A DNA stretch of 63,908 nt, filler included, from Octopus bimaculoides (Eukaryota): assembly GCF_001194135.2 (NCBI RefSeq). It is 9 parts of 9 records of this genome, joined end to end, with 100 filler letters (N's around TTAATTAATTAA, not from the genome) between each part and the next. Parts side by side here need not be neighbours in the genome. Positions count along the whole stretch, not along the records: positions 33,435 to 56,444 come from NC_068983.1; positions 56,545 to 61,229 come from NC_069010.1; positions 61,330 to 62,791 come from NW_026295410.1; positions 62,892 to 63,908 come from NC_068996.1; 5 more parts are not named here. One strand, given 5' to 3'. The position numbers and the translations under genes are program-made. Below the pieces are notes generated by a model. That model was not told the origin of the DNA. It saw nothing but the letters and a program-made list of their open reading frames with translations, and searched no databases. Numbering within the stretch: position 1 is the stretch's first letter; each line of letters starts with the position of its first letter. Positions 51,175 through 63,190 of this stretch are shown piece by piece.

Positions 51175-52597
51175 TTGTAACGAAATGCTAAATTTGTGAT
51201 TTACTTACGAAACGTAAGAGAGTCGGTCGGTAAAGACAGTTGGCAACATACCTCACTGGCAATGAATTTCTCATATTCTGGTATTAGAGGTGAAAAACCT
51301 CTTGAGTACCATAGCAGCTTAACTAGAGTTAATGAAAGTCTTCGTGTGGGGAATTAACATGTGTTACTATCAGGAATTGTAGCACAAACAGATCTGGTTT
51401 TCAGTTATGCAACAGTGCTTATAATAATAGAATATGATATACGAGGGAAACTAGTTTTTCAATGAGAGAGAGGCAGGTACGTCGTATTTCCACAAATTTT
51501 TGAAAGCTAACTGGAAGGTACAATTTTAAGCAATGCAACTAAAATAGATTAGAAATATAAGTGATAGGATGGTTTGTGGGGGAAAAAAGTCAGGTGATAG
51601 TAGACCCCTAAAGACAACTAAAGATTCTGTTCTCGTTTATTTTCATCGGATCCAAGTAAGCTAGGTCAACAAATAGATCATAATGGATATTGATACAATT
51701 TCAGCACAAGGAATAATTTGTTGACCAATTTAAATTTCAGAGTTATTTCCCTTGACCTTCTAGAAAAAAATTGCTGTTTGCGTTAAAGAGTTTAAACTTT
51801 TCATCTTATTATAAGTGTAATTTGAAGGTGGTGAACTGAGAAAATCGTTAGACCATCAGACAATTCTGCTGAGGTCAACTTTCCTTTCATTCTTTCAAGT
51901 TCAATAAGATAACATAACTGACTAAACCCAACCTTTAATACTGAAGGCTTCGTACCAAAATCTGAAACCATTATGAATATGATTAGAGCTACATGAAAAT
52001 AATTTCAGTTCACAAAATGAAATATAGTAGTCTACACTTAATTTGCCAATTAAATAATCTATTTGACTTCACATAATCAGAACAATCCGTCAAAAAGTTG
52101 TCAGTTAATAAAATCACTAATATTAGAGGTTAAAGTAAGGTGATGAACTGGCAGAATCGTTAAAACCTCAGGCAAAAGGCTTAGCAGCATTTCATTTGGC
52201 TTCATGCTCTGATTTCAAATTCCACCGAGGTCAACTGTGCCTTTCATTCTTTTGAGGGTTGATAAAATAAATGCCAGTTGAGCACTAGGGTCGATGTAAA
52301 TGACTTGCCTGCCTCCCACCAAAACTGCTGGCCTTGTGCCAAAATTTAAAATCAGTACCAAAGGTTATAGTAAAGTGGACACACCAATTTGCATTCTTAA
52401 CACTTTTGTGGAAGTATAAACTATCATTTTGATTTTTAGTGTCACTCTCACTTTTGAATAATTTTGTTAAGTTTTATTTAATGATGTTTACAGCAATATG
52501 TTACGGATTTGGTTTCAATTAAGTGAAATTACTGCAATGACAACATTTAGTAAGTTAATAGTTATTTTCCTAGCTATCACTAGCTAATGTAGCATGA

Positions 52598-52775
52598 ATC
52601 ATTGCCTGAGACCATCCTGACAGAAAGTGTGGAAGGAAGAATGCAGGAGGCCGTCAAAGATGTTTGTGGACTGATGACATCAAATAATTGACTGGAAACA
52701 AGAGATTGACAGATTGTATGCATGCAGCACAACACAGAAAAAAGTGGAAAATCTTGGTAAACTGACCCCTGGGCA
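52598..52775 (+). mobile_element. Old RTE-like LINE ORF2 C-terminus
   Basis: ESLPETILTESVEGR..GRQRCLWTDDIK*LTGNKRLTDCMHAAQHRKKW. Confidence 0.55.
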
Positions 52776-53047
52776 CAGGGGGGGGGGACACCTGGTTGAC
52801 AGTGGTTCTAACAATGTTGTTGTTTTAAGATAACTAAAGAAAGATAAAGAATACTCACACATGTATATATATATTTCATGACATCCAAACAAGGGAGCAC
52901 TCACACACACTTTGTTTCTGATGATTTGACAGTAAATGTTGATTATTGCTTGCATAATGCAAATTGTATAATCACCTTATGTTAATGAAATATACGTAAA
53001 ATGATGTAATTAAATATTCTATAAACAATCTCTCAGGATTTGTTGTT

Positions 53048-53285
53048 TATCATCATCATCATCATTGTTTAACGTCCGCTTTCCATGCTAGCATGGGTTG
53101 GACGATTTGACTGAGAACTGGCAAGCCAGAAGGCTGCACCAGGCTCTAATCTCATCTGGCAGAGTTTCTACAGCTGGATGCCCTTCCTAACACCAACCAC
53201 TCCGAGAGTGTAATGAGTGCTTTTACATGCCACCAGCACGAGGGCCAGTCACACAGTACTGGCAATAGCCACGCTCTAAATGGTG
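53048..53285 (-). mobile_element. RTE LINE 3' UTR copy
   Basis: (CAT)n then GTTTAACGTCCGCTTTCCATGCTAGCATGGGTTGG, the reverse complement of the 1-303 family. Further copies at 55735-55952 (+) and 56910-57138 (-). Confidence 0.8.
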
Positions 53286-54127
53286 TTTTTATATATATAC
53301 ACACACACACAAGGGGGTACTGAAAGGTTCACAACCTCTCAAGTTCTTTTACAGGGCTTAGAAAAACTGAAGAACTGCTGCAATAAGGGTGTGAATCTAA
53401 GAGGGAAATATGCTGAATAAAATCATATTTAACTGATGATCCTCCAGTATTTTCTTTTACCCAAAGCCAAGAATTTTTCAGCCACCCCGCCCATGTGTGT
53501 GCATGTGTGTGTGAAGGCCTTCTTTGAATTTCTATCAACCAAATCCAGTTGTAAAGTTTTGGTTAGTCTGGGTTTAGAATAAAAAAACACTTGCCAAAGG
53601 TACCCAAAAGTGGGAGCTGAACCCGAAGCTGTATGATTGGGGAGTAAACTTCTGAACCACCTGGCCATATCTCATTGTTGTTTAGTCCAAGGTCAAACCT
53701 GATACAGAAACCTATGATAAAAGGTTTTGCAGCCATGACTATTTCATCTTTTCCTATTATATCAAAGACAACACTGTCCAATATTCCACTATGTTTTCTC
53801 TTTCTCTCTCTCTCTCTCTTTCTGTTCCCATCTCTTCCCTTATTTCTGATTCATTCAATGCGGGTATTTTTTTTTTTTTTTTGTATTTTAGTAGGGTGTA
53901 ATGTTTGATGGATATTTGAACTGCTTGGTAATGATGTCTGTAGAAATAGTGGTAATATTGGTGCAGTCAGTGTTTTTACAATGTTGTTGTTTTCAAAGCA
54001 ATTTTCTTCCTCTCCACATGTGACATACTGATAACATTTTCACTGACTCAGTAGCTTTCATTAGTTTCATTGCTTGGATGTTAGCATTACAGACTCTTGT
54101 GAATGGGACAGATCTGGGATAGCACAT

Positions 54128-54160
<33 letters not shown>

Positions 54161-54605
54161 CATATATATATTCATTCATACACACACACACACATATATA
54201 TATTTTTTACACAGACACACACATGTACATGGATGGATGGATGGATGGATATACTCATGCATGTGTGAGAGAGAGTAATATACACATGTATGTGTGTGTG
54301 TCTGTGTGTGTGTGTATCCATGTACATGTGAGTATGTAGGTACAGAAAGAGAAAGCGGGCGAGAGAGAAACATATGTTTGTATTAGATATATACAAGTGT
54401 ATGTATGTGTGTGTGTGTGTGTGTTTTTCACCAATTACCTAGTAATGTACACAAGACAAATGGGGTGTGTGTGCATGTGTGTTTGTGTGTGTGTGTGTAA
54501 TAGGAATTGCAGTATGGTATCTCACATATCAAGCCACTAAGAAAGAAAATAGATGAATGGGATGAGACAGAGTGGGACAGACAGACAGACAGACAGACAG
54601 ACATG

Positions 54606-54645
<40 letters not shown>

Positions 54646-56104
54646 TACACAAATCCACAACCATATATGCAAACATACTTCACAATCACTAACAAAAAGG
54701 GGAGGATCAGATGAGGACTGAAGTGTGAGTTAGGTGAAATAGCATCATCATCCTCAACACCACTACCACCATCATCACCACCACCACCATAATCACCATC
54801 ATCATCACCATCACCACCATCATGACGACAACCACCGCCACCATCATCATCATTACTACCACCATCCCCATCATCTTTTTCTTCTTCTTGATGACTGACA
54901 TAAAATGTGTCTATACGAGTGAAACCATCATCTTTGATGTTTTAGTACTATAAAAACCATTCATAAAAAGACAAAATCTATTACTGTGACAGCGTAACAT
55001 TGGGATACAGTTATAAACATTCTTCATATAAAATAATCAGTTATAAGAAGATCATCAAGCTATAATATCCCCCACCTACTCATCCATTTTCAATTATACT
55101 TGCTTCAGTACACAAAAATATTACAACACCTATAAATATACTTTGAACTTGCTTTGCTTGTTTTTTCTTCCCTTCGCCATTTTCTTAGCTCAGTAAGTCA
55201 TTTTTGAATATTTCTTAGGATATAAGGCTGTGAGCTGGCAGAACCATTAACACATAGGACAGAATGCTTTGCAGCATCTGAGTTCAAATCTCACCACTGG
55301 TCAATGCTGCCTTTCATCCTTTTGAGATAAAGGAAATAAAAACCAATGAAGTATGTCAGAAGTCGATGAAATGATCTAGCCCTCCTCCACTAAAATCATT
55401 TTAGAAAATTCTTCATTTAGTGGCTGTGTGATTAATGAATCGGTGATCTGGGCCTGTTTGAGCTGGATTTCTGTTAGAAGCCTGCAAAACTTTGGATTGT
55501 ATGGGACTGAATCAAACTGTTTTTAATGATAATGTCTGAAATGCTTAGTGGTATTTCATCCATTGTTATTTTCTGAGTTCAAATTCCGCTGTGGTCAACT
55601 TCAAATTTTATCCTTTTGGGGGTCGATAAATTAAGTACCAGTTGCGTACTGGGGTTGATCTAATTGACTGGCTTCCTCCCCCAAAATTTCGGGCCTTGTG
55701 ACTAGAGCAGAAAAGAATAATAATAATGTCTTGGTGCCACATAAAGTGCACTCATCTCAATGCTGCATAAATGCACCTGTGCCAGTGGCACATAAAAAGC
55801 ACCCAGCACACTGATTAGTGGATGGCATTAGGAAGGGCATCCAGCTGTAGATACCATGCCAAAACAGACAATTTGAGTCTGGTCAGCTCCCCAGCTGGCC
55901 AGCTCCTGTCAAACCATCCAACCCATGCCAGCATGGAAAACAGACATTAAACAAACTGAAAATATATTCTTTTCTACTCTAGACAACTGGTACTTAATTT
56001 ATCGACCCCAAAACGATGAATGGCAAAGTCGACCTTGGCGGAAATTGAACTCAGAACATAACAGCAGACGAAATACCACTAAGCATTTTTTTAGCGGTAT
56101 TTCG

Positions 56105-56444
56105 CATACTTTTGACCTAGTTTTGGATCATAAAAAATTACTAAAATTTGGCATGTTTAAAATTTGAATGAAATTGGTTGTATAGTTCTCAAGTTTTAGG
56201 GATTCACACAGACAGACAGACACACATTCTCATCTTTATATATATACTAGCAGAGATACCCGGCGTTGCCCGTGTTACATGCAATTGAAAAATGAGACTT
56301 TTCTGTTATATTTTCTGTAAGGAACTGGAATACATATGATTCGAATTTCATCAAAATTGCACATGAGGGTTCTTTCCCTCTTTACACACCCTAAAAAAAT
56401 TCTAATCATGAGACATGTATCCCATACTATTGATCTTTATGCGC
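56105..56444 (-). mobile_element. Two head-to-tail non-autonomous Helitron-like pieces
   Basis: On the minus strand GGCAACGCCGGGTATCTCTG-CTAG|T (3' end, 56247) is directly followed by the 5' end of the family seen at 8912. Confidence 0.55.
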
Positions 56445-57139
56445 NNNNNNNNNNNNNNNNNNNNNNNNNNNNNNNNNNNNNNNNNNNNTTAATTAATTAA
56501 NNNNNNNNNNNNNNNNNNNNNNNNNNNNNNNNNNNNNNNNNNNNCAGCAAGCAGTCTTAGAAAAAAAATTGATTGAGACAGGCTTGATTGAGACTGCGGC
56601 CATGCTGGGGCACTGCCTTGAAGAGTTTTACTTGAACAAATTAACCCATGTCCTTATTTCTTTTTACTCATTTCAATCGTTTGACTGCGGCCATGCTGGA
56701 ACACCACCTCAAAGGGTTTTAGTCGAACAAATCAACTCCAGGACATTTGTTTTTAAGCCTAATACTTATTCTATTGGTCTCTTTTGCCAAACCACTAAGT
56801 TATGGAGATGTAAACTCATCAATTCTGGTTGTCAAGGTGATCAGTGTGGAAGCTAGGGATAGCTGAGTGGTTGGTGAGAACTGTGTAAGCCATGTACAGG
56901 AATGCTTTCATTATCATCACCGTCGTTTAACGTCCGCTTTCCATGCTGACATGGGTTGGATGGTTTGACTGAGGGCTGGTGAGCCAGAAGGCTGCACCTG
57001 GCTCCAATCTGATCTGGCAGAGTTTCTGCAGCTGGATGCCGTTCTTAATGCCAACCACTCCGAGAGTGTAGTGGGTGCTTTTTACGTGCCACCGGCACGA
57101 AGGCCAGTCAGGCGGTACTGGCAACGGCCACGCTCAAAA

Positions 57140-57345
57140 GGTGAAAGTCGACAATGAGTATAGCAATGAATCTAGTGTACAAGAAGGAATTCATCAAAGA
57201 TCAGTTCTCAATCCCCATAACAAAGGAATTCGACTGGCTGCCCCTGGGACCATGTTCTTATTGCTGAATCTCTACCAGAACTAGAGAAGAAATTTCAGGT
57301 GTGGAAACAAGGCCTGGAATCAAAGGGCCTTAGAGTTCATTTAGT
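57140..57345 (+). mobile_element. RTE LINE RT fragment
   Basis: VQEGIHQRSVLNP and LIAESLPELEKKFQVWKQGLESKGLRV. Confidence 0.7.
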
Positions 57346-57479
57346 GAATAAGTACCAGATTTTAAAATAATGATTTGTTCAACTAAACCCCTCAGAGTGG
57401 TGCCCCTACATGGCTGCTGTCCAATGACTAAAACCAGTAAAAGATAAAAGATGTAGATATTCTCTTAACCTTTCATTTC

Positions 57480-57850
57480 TCTGTGAATCATCATCATGTA
57501 CTCTTAACACATCAACATAATTCTTTCTGTCTTTTACAACCCTTTCTAACACCTTCTAGTTTTTTTTATTCTATCTCCCTTTAATCTTCCTTCCATTTCT
57601 TTTTCCTTCCAATTCTTTTTCCAATTCTTTGTCTTCAAGCTAACCCCTTACCCTGACGATACCACTGTAGTATTTGTGAAATTCAGCTGTCATTCATCCT
57701 GCCTTGCTAACATGATTGTGCATGATTTCTACATTCCAGGCGCCTGATCTGAAGAGCTTTCTTGTGATCAGACAGTCCCAGAGCCCTTTACCTTTCCCAG
57801 AAGGAGTCATGTCTCTTGCTTGAAATAGATGGGTCTGTTTGGCTTTGTGT
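57480..57850 (-). mobile_element. LINE (RTE-like) AP-endonuclease N-terminal fragment
   Basis: TRKLFRSGAWNVEIMH resembles the APE start motif (.IG.WNV..L). Confidence 0.45.
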
Positions 57851-58569
57851 TGAGGTTTTCTGCCACTCCTTTGGAAATTCATTACTAAAAATAGTTTCTG
57901 CTAACATCATCACTCTAATTCATATCTCTACGATAATTCATTAGAACTAGCAGGATAGGTTATATTACTAAAGTACAACATAATGAGGCATAACAGCACA
58001 TTAATTAATTAGTAGATTAGCCTATCCTGTTAATGTTTCAATTAATTTTAAATGTTTAGCTGGAAGAATGTGTCTCCGACTCTTTTATTATAAATTCTTG
58101 CCTCTCGTTTGAGTTGTGCATAAAATGGTGGAAAGAGTACAAGAAACGAGCTTTCAATTAACTGCAACGCTTCAACTTCCGCCACATAAAATCATAGTGA
58201 ACCAGATTAATACAGCACAAAGAATGCTGTCTCTAGACAATCATACGGTGTTGGTTTCATGCTACTCCAGACTGATGGCGAGCAAAGACTCAGAAACATG
58301 CCATGGATGCAGGCTTAGCTGGGTGGAGGTGCTTGTCTCCCCCTTGTAAACATAAGGACACAGGAAATGTGTCAAGGCCAACAGGAAGCGGTGCAGCTTC
58401 CTAGGTCTAACCAACAGTAGTATTATTCCCTTCAGGGGACTGTCACATTAAGTTGACAGCATTACAACTACTTCATGGTACTTATATTATCGACTTCGAA
58501 AGGATAAAAAGCAAATTCAAACTTGGCGGAACAAAAAAATAAATATACTTTGCTTCGTTAAGATGGTGC

Positions 58570-58796
58570 GAGCTGGCAGAATCGTTAGCACGCCGGGCGA
58601 AATATTTAGCGATATATCGTCTGCCGTTACGTTCTGAGTTCAAATTCCGCCGAGGTCAACTTTGCCTTTCATCTTTTCAGGGTCGATAAATTAAGTACCA
58701 ATTACGCACGCACTGGGGTCAATTACATCGACTTAACCCCTCTGTCTGTCCTTGTTTGTCTCCTCTATGTTTAGCCCCTTGTGGGCAATAAAGACA
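58570..58796 (+). mobile_element. Family A SINE, full length, with 11-bp TSD
   Basis: TSD TAAGATGGTGC at 58559-58569 and 58797-58807; A and B boxes intact. Confidence 0.9.
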
Positions 58797-58996
58797 TAAG
58801 ATGGTGCTTGAGACATACTTTACCAAACATTCTTAAATAAACTAGAGATGAATAATCCAGTTTCAATATAAACACTTTTAAGACATACAGTTTCTATGAA
58901 AGACCCAAAAGGTGGTGGTCACAGAGAGTAACATCATATAATTCCTAGTTGTATGTGCAAGTCATTCAGAAATAAGTTTTGTCTGTTGTGTTGCAG

Positions 58997-59130
58997 GTCT
59001 TGCTAGCTGTGAACATTTGATGAGATGCTGTGCTGCTATCCTCACCATTTCTTGTGAAAAACACCTTGTCAACCCAGCTTCCTTTTGTAAATACTTCGGC
59101 AAGAACAGGATCTTCTTGACTCAGTCTCAG
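58997..59130 (+). CDS. MYO19: Unconventional myosin (MYO19-like) internal exon, end of motor/converter
   Basis: Acceptor tgttgcag|, donor CAG|gtaact, phase 1 to 0. Encodes LASCEHLMRCCAAILTISCEKHLVNPASFCKYFGKNRIFLTQSQ; GKNRIFLTQS matches the myosin converter (MYO19 GRTKVFMTDS, from memory). The gene symbol is tentative. Confidence 0.75.
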
Positions 59131-59422
59131 GTAACTTCTTTATATCTGCAGTCAGGTGGGATTTGTTTTATATTTGTTGGTGTTATTTTACACCGTCTCC
59201 TCTTTCTTTCTTTTCTACAGCAGCTATTATAGTCTCTGCTTCTTGGAACTGGCCATGTGTGTGTGTGTTTGTGTAGGTACATATATATGTATGTATATAT
59301 ATATATCTATATATATATATCTATATATATATGTATGTATATATATATCTATATATATATCTATATATATATATATCTATATATATACAAACCAGTGGAT
59401 AGATTCCACTGAAATTAGATAA

Positions 59423-59569
59423 ATAACCTTCGAACAGACAGTCAGTAGCGCCGCCTGGCTGGAGCTTGGCTGCTCTGCATTGACAAGGGGCAACACCCTG
59501 AAACTAGTCTAGTCTGCAGATGCCAAACCAGCAAGGGGAAGCTGCTGACCTCCCCTGTTCGAAGGTTAT
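59423..59569. mobile_element. Small TIR element (about 147 bp) in the myosin intron
   Basis: Perfect 15-bp inverted ends ATAACCTTCGAACAG / CTGTTCGAAGGTTAT, extending imperfectly through GTCAG(T/C)AGC; consistent with a TA TSD. Confidence 0.6.
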
Positions 59570-59985
59570 AAAGGACACAGGTTTCGTGTGTCACNNNNNN
59601 NNNNNNNNNNNNNNNNNNNNNNNNNNNNNNNNNNNNNNNNNNNNNNNNNNNNNNNNNNNNNNNNNNNNNNNNNNNNNNNNNNNNNNNNNNNNNNNNNNNN
59701 NNNNNNNNNNNNNNNNNNNNNNNNNNNNNNNNNNNNNNNNNNNNNNNNNNNNNNNNNNNNNNNNNNNNNNNNNNNNNNNNNNNNNNNNNNNNNNNNNNNN
59801 NNNNNNNNNNNNNNNNNNNNNNNNNNNNNNNNNNNNNNNNNNNNNNNNNNNNNNNNNNNNNNNNNNNNNNNNNNNNNNNNNNNNNNNNNNNNNNNNNNNN
59901 NNNNNNNNNNNNNNNNNNNNNNNNNNNNNNNNNNNNNNNNNNNNNNNNNNTGGATTTGGTAGATGGAAACTGAAGGAAGCCTGTC

Positions 59986-60019
<34 letters not shown>

Positions 60020-60377
60020 ATGTATATGTTTGTGTGTGTATATGTTTGTGTGTCTGTGTTTGTCCCCCCACCATCGCTTGACAACCGATGCTGGTGTGTT
60101 TACGTCCCCGTAACTTAGCAGTTCGGCAAAAGAGACCGATAGAATAAGTACTAGGCTTACGAAGAATAATTCCTAGGGTCGATATGCTCAACTAAAAAGG
60201 CAGTGCTCCAGCAAGGCCGCAGTCAAATGACTGAAACAAGTAAAAGAGTAAAAGAGTAATAGAGAGTATCTCCTGCTATGTCTGTCTCACTAGATAACTT
60301 TTTCTTCCTTTCTTTTTGAACCTTCCTTCTGATAATTACCACATGTGTAATACATCTACTGCCTGCTTATTCCCCAG

Positions 60378-60510
60378 TTTGATCAGCTAGAATCGGCAAG
60401 ATCCACTGCACTAAACACAAAAGTGACCCGCATTCAAACAACATGGCGGCAGTATCAAAAGAGAAAGACTTTGCGAAGAAGAAAGAAAGCAGTTTTAACA
60501 ATTGAGAAAG
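60378..60510 (+). CDS. MYO19: Unconventional myosin (MYO19-like) internal exon, neck with IQ motif
   Basis: Acceptor ttattccccag|, donor AAG|gtaagg, phase 0 to 1, in frame with the previous exon. Encodes FDQLESARSTALNTKVTRIQTTWRQYQKRKTLRRRKKAVLTIEK (IQxxWR). Confidence 0.8.
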
Positions 60511-60541
60511 GTAAGGTTTGTCTTTTACTAATGTTATTTAA

Positions 60542-60762
60542 CCCTTTAGTGTTTAGATTAATCTGTTAAATGTAATACTTTTTTCACTCAAATTGTTTTG
60601 AATTAATCATACATTATCTTACAGCTTTGAAGTTTCGATGGTGAGATAGTTTATTCTTAGAATGTCAATGTAGGTTAGGTGTGAGAGGCTAGATATGGCC
60701 AGTTTGAATGTAAATCATGTAGGATATTTGGACCGGATATGGCCAGCTTAAACACCAAAGGG
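60542..60762. mobile_element. piggyBac-type MITE, 221 bp
   Basis: TTAA|CCCTTTAGTGTTTA ... TAAACACCAAAGGG|TTAA. Confidence 0.9.
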
Positions 60763-60946
60763 TTAATGCTTTCTAATGATTTCAGGACTGCAGCTATGTG
60801 CCATGTTAAAGCCTTGTTTTCTCCGCAAATATTTTCTGAATTATTCGCTCTGCATTTAAATTATTTAAACACTGGTAGTTGCCAGGATTTCAGTGCCAAA
60901 TGAATCAGTTGCAGCACAATCTTCAACATAACGGGTTGGGGCTCTC

Positions 60947-61229
60947 ATCATCATCATCATCATCATCATCGTTTAACGTCCGCTTTCCATGCTAGCATGG
61001 GTTGGACGACTTGACTGAGGACTGGTGAAACCGGATGGCTACACCAGGCTCCAATCTAATTTGGCAGAGTTTCTACAGCTGGATGCCCTTCCTAACGCCA
61101 ACCACTCAGAGAGTGTATATATATATATATCATCATCATCATCGTTTAACGTCCACTTTCCATGCTAGCATGGGTTGGACGACTTGACTGAGGACTGGTG
61201 AAACCGGATGGCTACACCAGGCTCCAATC
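60947..61229 (-). mobile_element. RTE LINE 3' UTR, two short tandem copies next to a gap
   Basis: Same young subfamily as 1-303. The second copy abuts the gap and may be an assembly duplicate. Confidence 0.75.
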
Positions 61230-61466
61230 NNNNNNNNNNNNNNNNNNNNNNNNNNNNNNNNNNNNNNNNNNNNTTAATTAATTAANNNNNNNNNNNNNNN
61301 NNNNNNNNNNNNNNNNNNNNNNNNNNNNNCATGGCCGCAGTCAAATGACTGAAACAAGTCAAAGAGTAAAAGAGTATGATTGATCGCTAACCACTAAACT
61401 TTTTTTAATTTTCTCTTATGTTATTTCATCTCTTTTTATTTTCTCTCTCTGCTTACTTCCGTGTTC

Positions 61467-61502
61467 CTTTCTGTTGAAGAACATAGGCTCGAAATGTAAA
61501 AG
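61467..61502 (+). ncRNA. Minimal hammerhead-ribozyme-like motif of a Penelope-type terminal repeat (decayed)
   Basis: CTTT-CTGTTGA-A-GAAC(ATAG)GCTC-GAAA-TG-TA^-AAAG: stem I CTTT/AAAG, stem II 3 of 4 pairs, minimal stem III. Confidence 0.4.
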
Positions 61503-62539
61503 ACTTTCTCACATACTGAGCGTTAAACTAATATCATTGTATACAATGATATTAATTTAACATGGATTATGTTTATTTTCATAGAAACTTTTTCTATATT
61601 TACACTTATGAGTTTTGATCTTAGTTAATTGATTTATCATTTATAATTCTATGTAATTTAGTACCGATTGCATTGTAATAATTGTTTACTTTTACCTTAT
61701 TGATTAAATCTCTTCCTTCATTAATATTGTATTTGAATTCCACTACTAAGCTAATGTAATGTATTTTTAAAACTTTGATGGTTGCAATTTGAATGTGACC
61801 TAATTTAATCTATTTTATAATTTATAATTTATATTTTCAAATTCATCTTGTTTACATATCCTTAAATCAAGCCTCATAACTATTCTAAACTTAAAAATAA
61901 ATATAATTATTTGATTTGATTATTCACAATGGAGTGAATTTAAATCAAAAATATTATTTACTAGATTTACCTCCCTTTGACCAAATTTATATTTGCTTTC
62001 TCTATTATGATCTATAACAGATAATTTTTCTTTCTTCATTTTATTTACTTTCAAAATTCCAACGGTTTTTATTGAATATACAGCGTTGTTAGCTTGTCGC
62101 TACTTAACATCCTAGGTTAACTACTCTACTTAGTTACTTTACTATATAATGGTTTTCTTAACAGATATTGCAAGCAGTTTCAATATGTTCATATCGTTAC
62201 AACCTGATTTTAACCTTTTTATACACTTGTAATTTAAGTACAACTAATAATGTTGTCTGTTGTTTGTTGTGAATTAATCTAACTTGGCCCTGAAGAGATA
62301 CAAGACCCCATTTTCTAATCTCAGACAAAAGTGAGTCAGGATCTTACATTGAAATGTGCATAGGATAATAAACAAGTTTTAATATAGGATTGCGTCATGG
62401 CTCTTATTTAAATTGATATGCACCCAAAATTGTATCACATATTTGAAAGTCTTTATATTTTAACAAAGTATAAACAACTTTTCAAGTGAGAATTTTGCTA
62501 CTTTCATACCAGGTACAATATTTTACCAAATATTTGCTG

Positions 62540-62791
62540 ATGCACTGCCGTGTTGCTACACTGTTATTACGGGGAGCCTCCTACAATATGTGGCACTTGG
62601 TGAAGAATAGAGTTTGATTTAGCAACCCTCATATGCACCTCTTCCCGTGAGGTAGGTTCATCTGGGACTCTCAACAGGAAGAGGTCCAGCTTTGATTTAA
62701 AAACCCCTACATTTACCTTGTGCAGGTTCCTCAGGCTCTTCGGGAGAATATTAAAAAGCTGTGGGCCCCTGAAACCCAAACTGTTGCAGTA
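62540..62791 (-). mobile_element. CR1/L2-group LINE ORF2 C-terminus
   Basis: FRGPQLFNILPKSLRNL..VFKSKLDLFL..VPDEP..SNSILHQ. Confidence 0.75.
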
Positions 62792-62891
62792 NNNNNNNNN
62801 NNNNNNNNNNNNNNNNNNNNNNNNNNNNNNNNNNNTTAATTAATTAANNNNNNNNNNNNNNNNNNNNNNNNNNNNNNNNNNNNNNNNNNNN

Positions 62892-62899
62892 CCACCACC

Positions 62900-62930
<31 letters not shown>

Positions 62931-63190
62931 CTACCACTACCACTACTACCACCACCTCCTCCACCTCATCCTCATCTTCCTTCTTCACCTCCTCCTCGTC
63001 CTCTACCACCACCACCACCAACAACACCACAACCACCACCACCTCCTCCTCCTTCTTCTTCACCTCCCCCACTTCCTCCACTTCCTCCTTCTTCACCTCC
63101 CCCACTTCCTCCTCCTCCTCCTCCTCCCCTTCCTCCTCATCATCATCATCGTCGTCATCATCATCGTCGTCTTTACCACCACCACCGGTA
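62892..63190. repeat. Degenerate trinucleotide low-complexity tract (CAA/CAC/CTC/CAT)
   Basis: Read directly from the sequence. Confidence 0.9.

Noticed and set aside
58060-58349. LEEC... after an AG, and the 77-aa ORF at 58116, as the preceding myosin exon
   Set aside because: The frames stop early, lack myosin motifs and have no suitable phase-1 donor.
60443-60505. AACATGGCGGC, resembling a YY1 site or Kozak start of a first exon
   Set aside because: That frame stops after 20 codons; the sequence lies inside the myosin exon read in another frame (TTWRQ).
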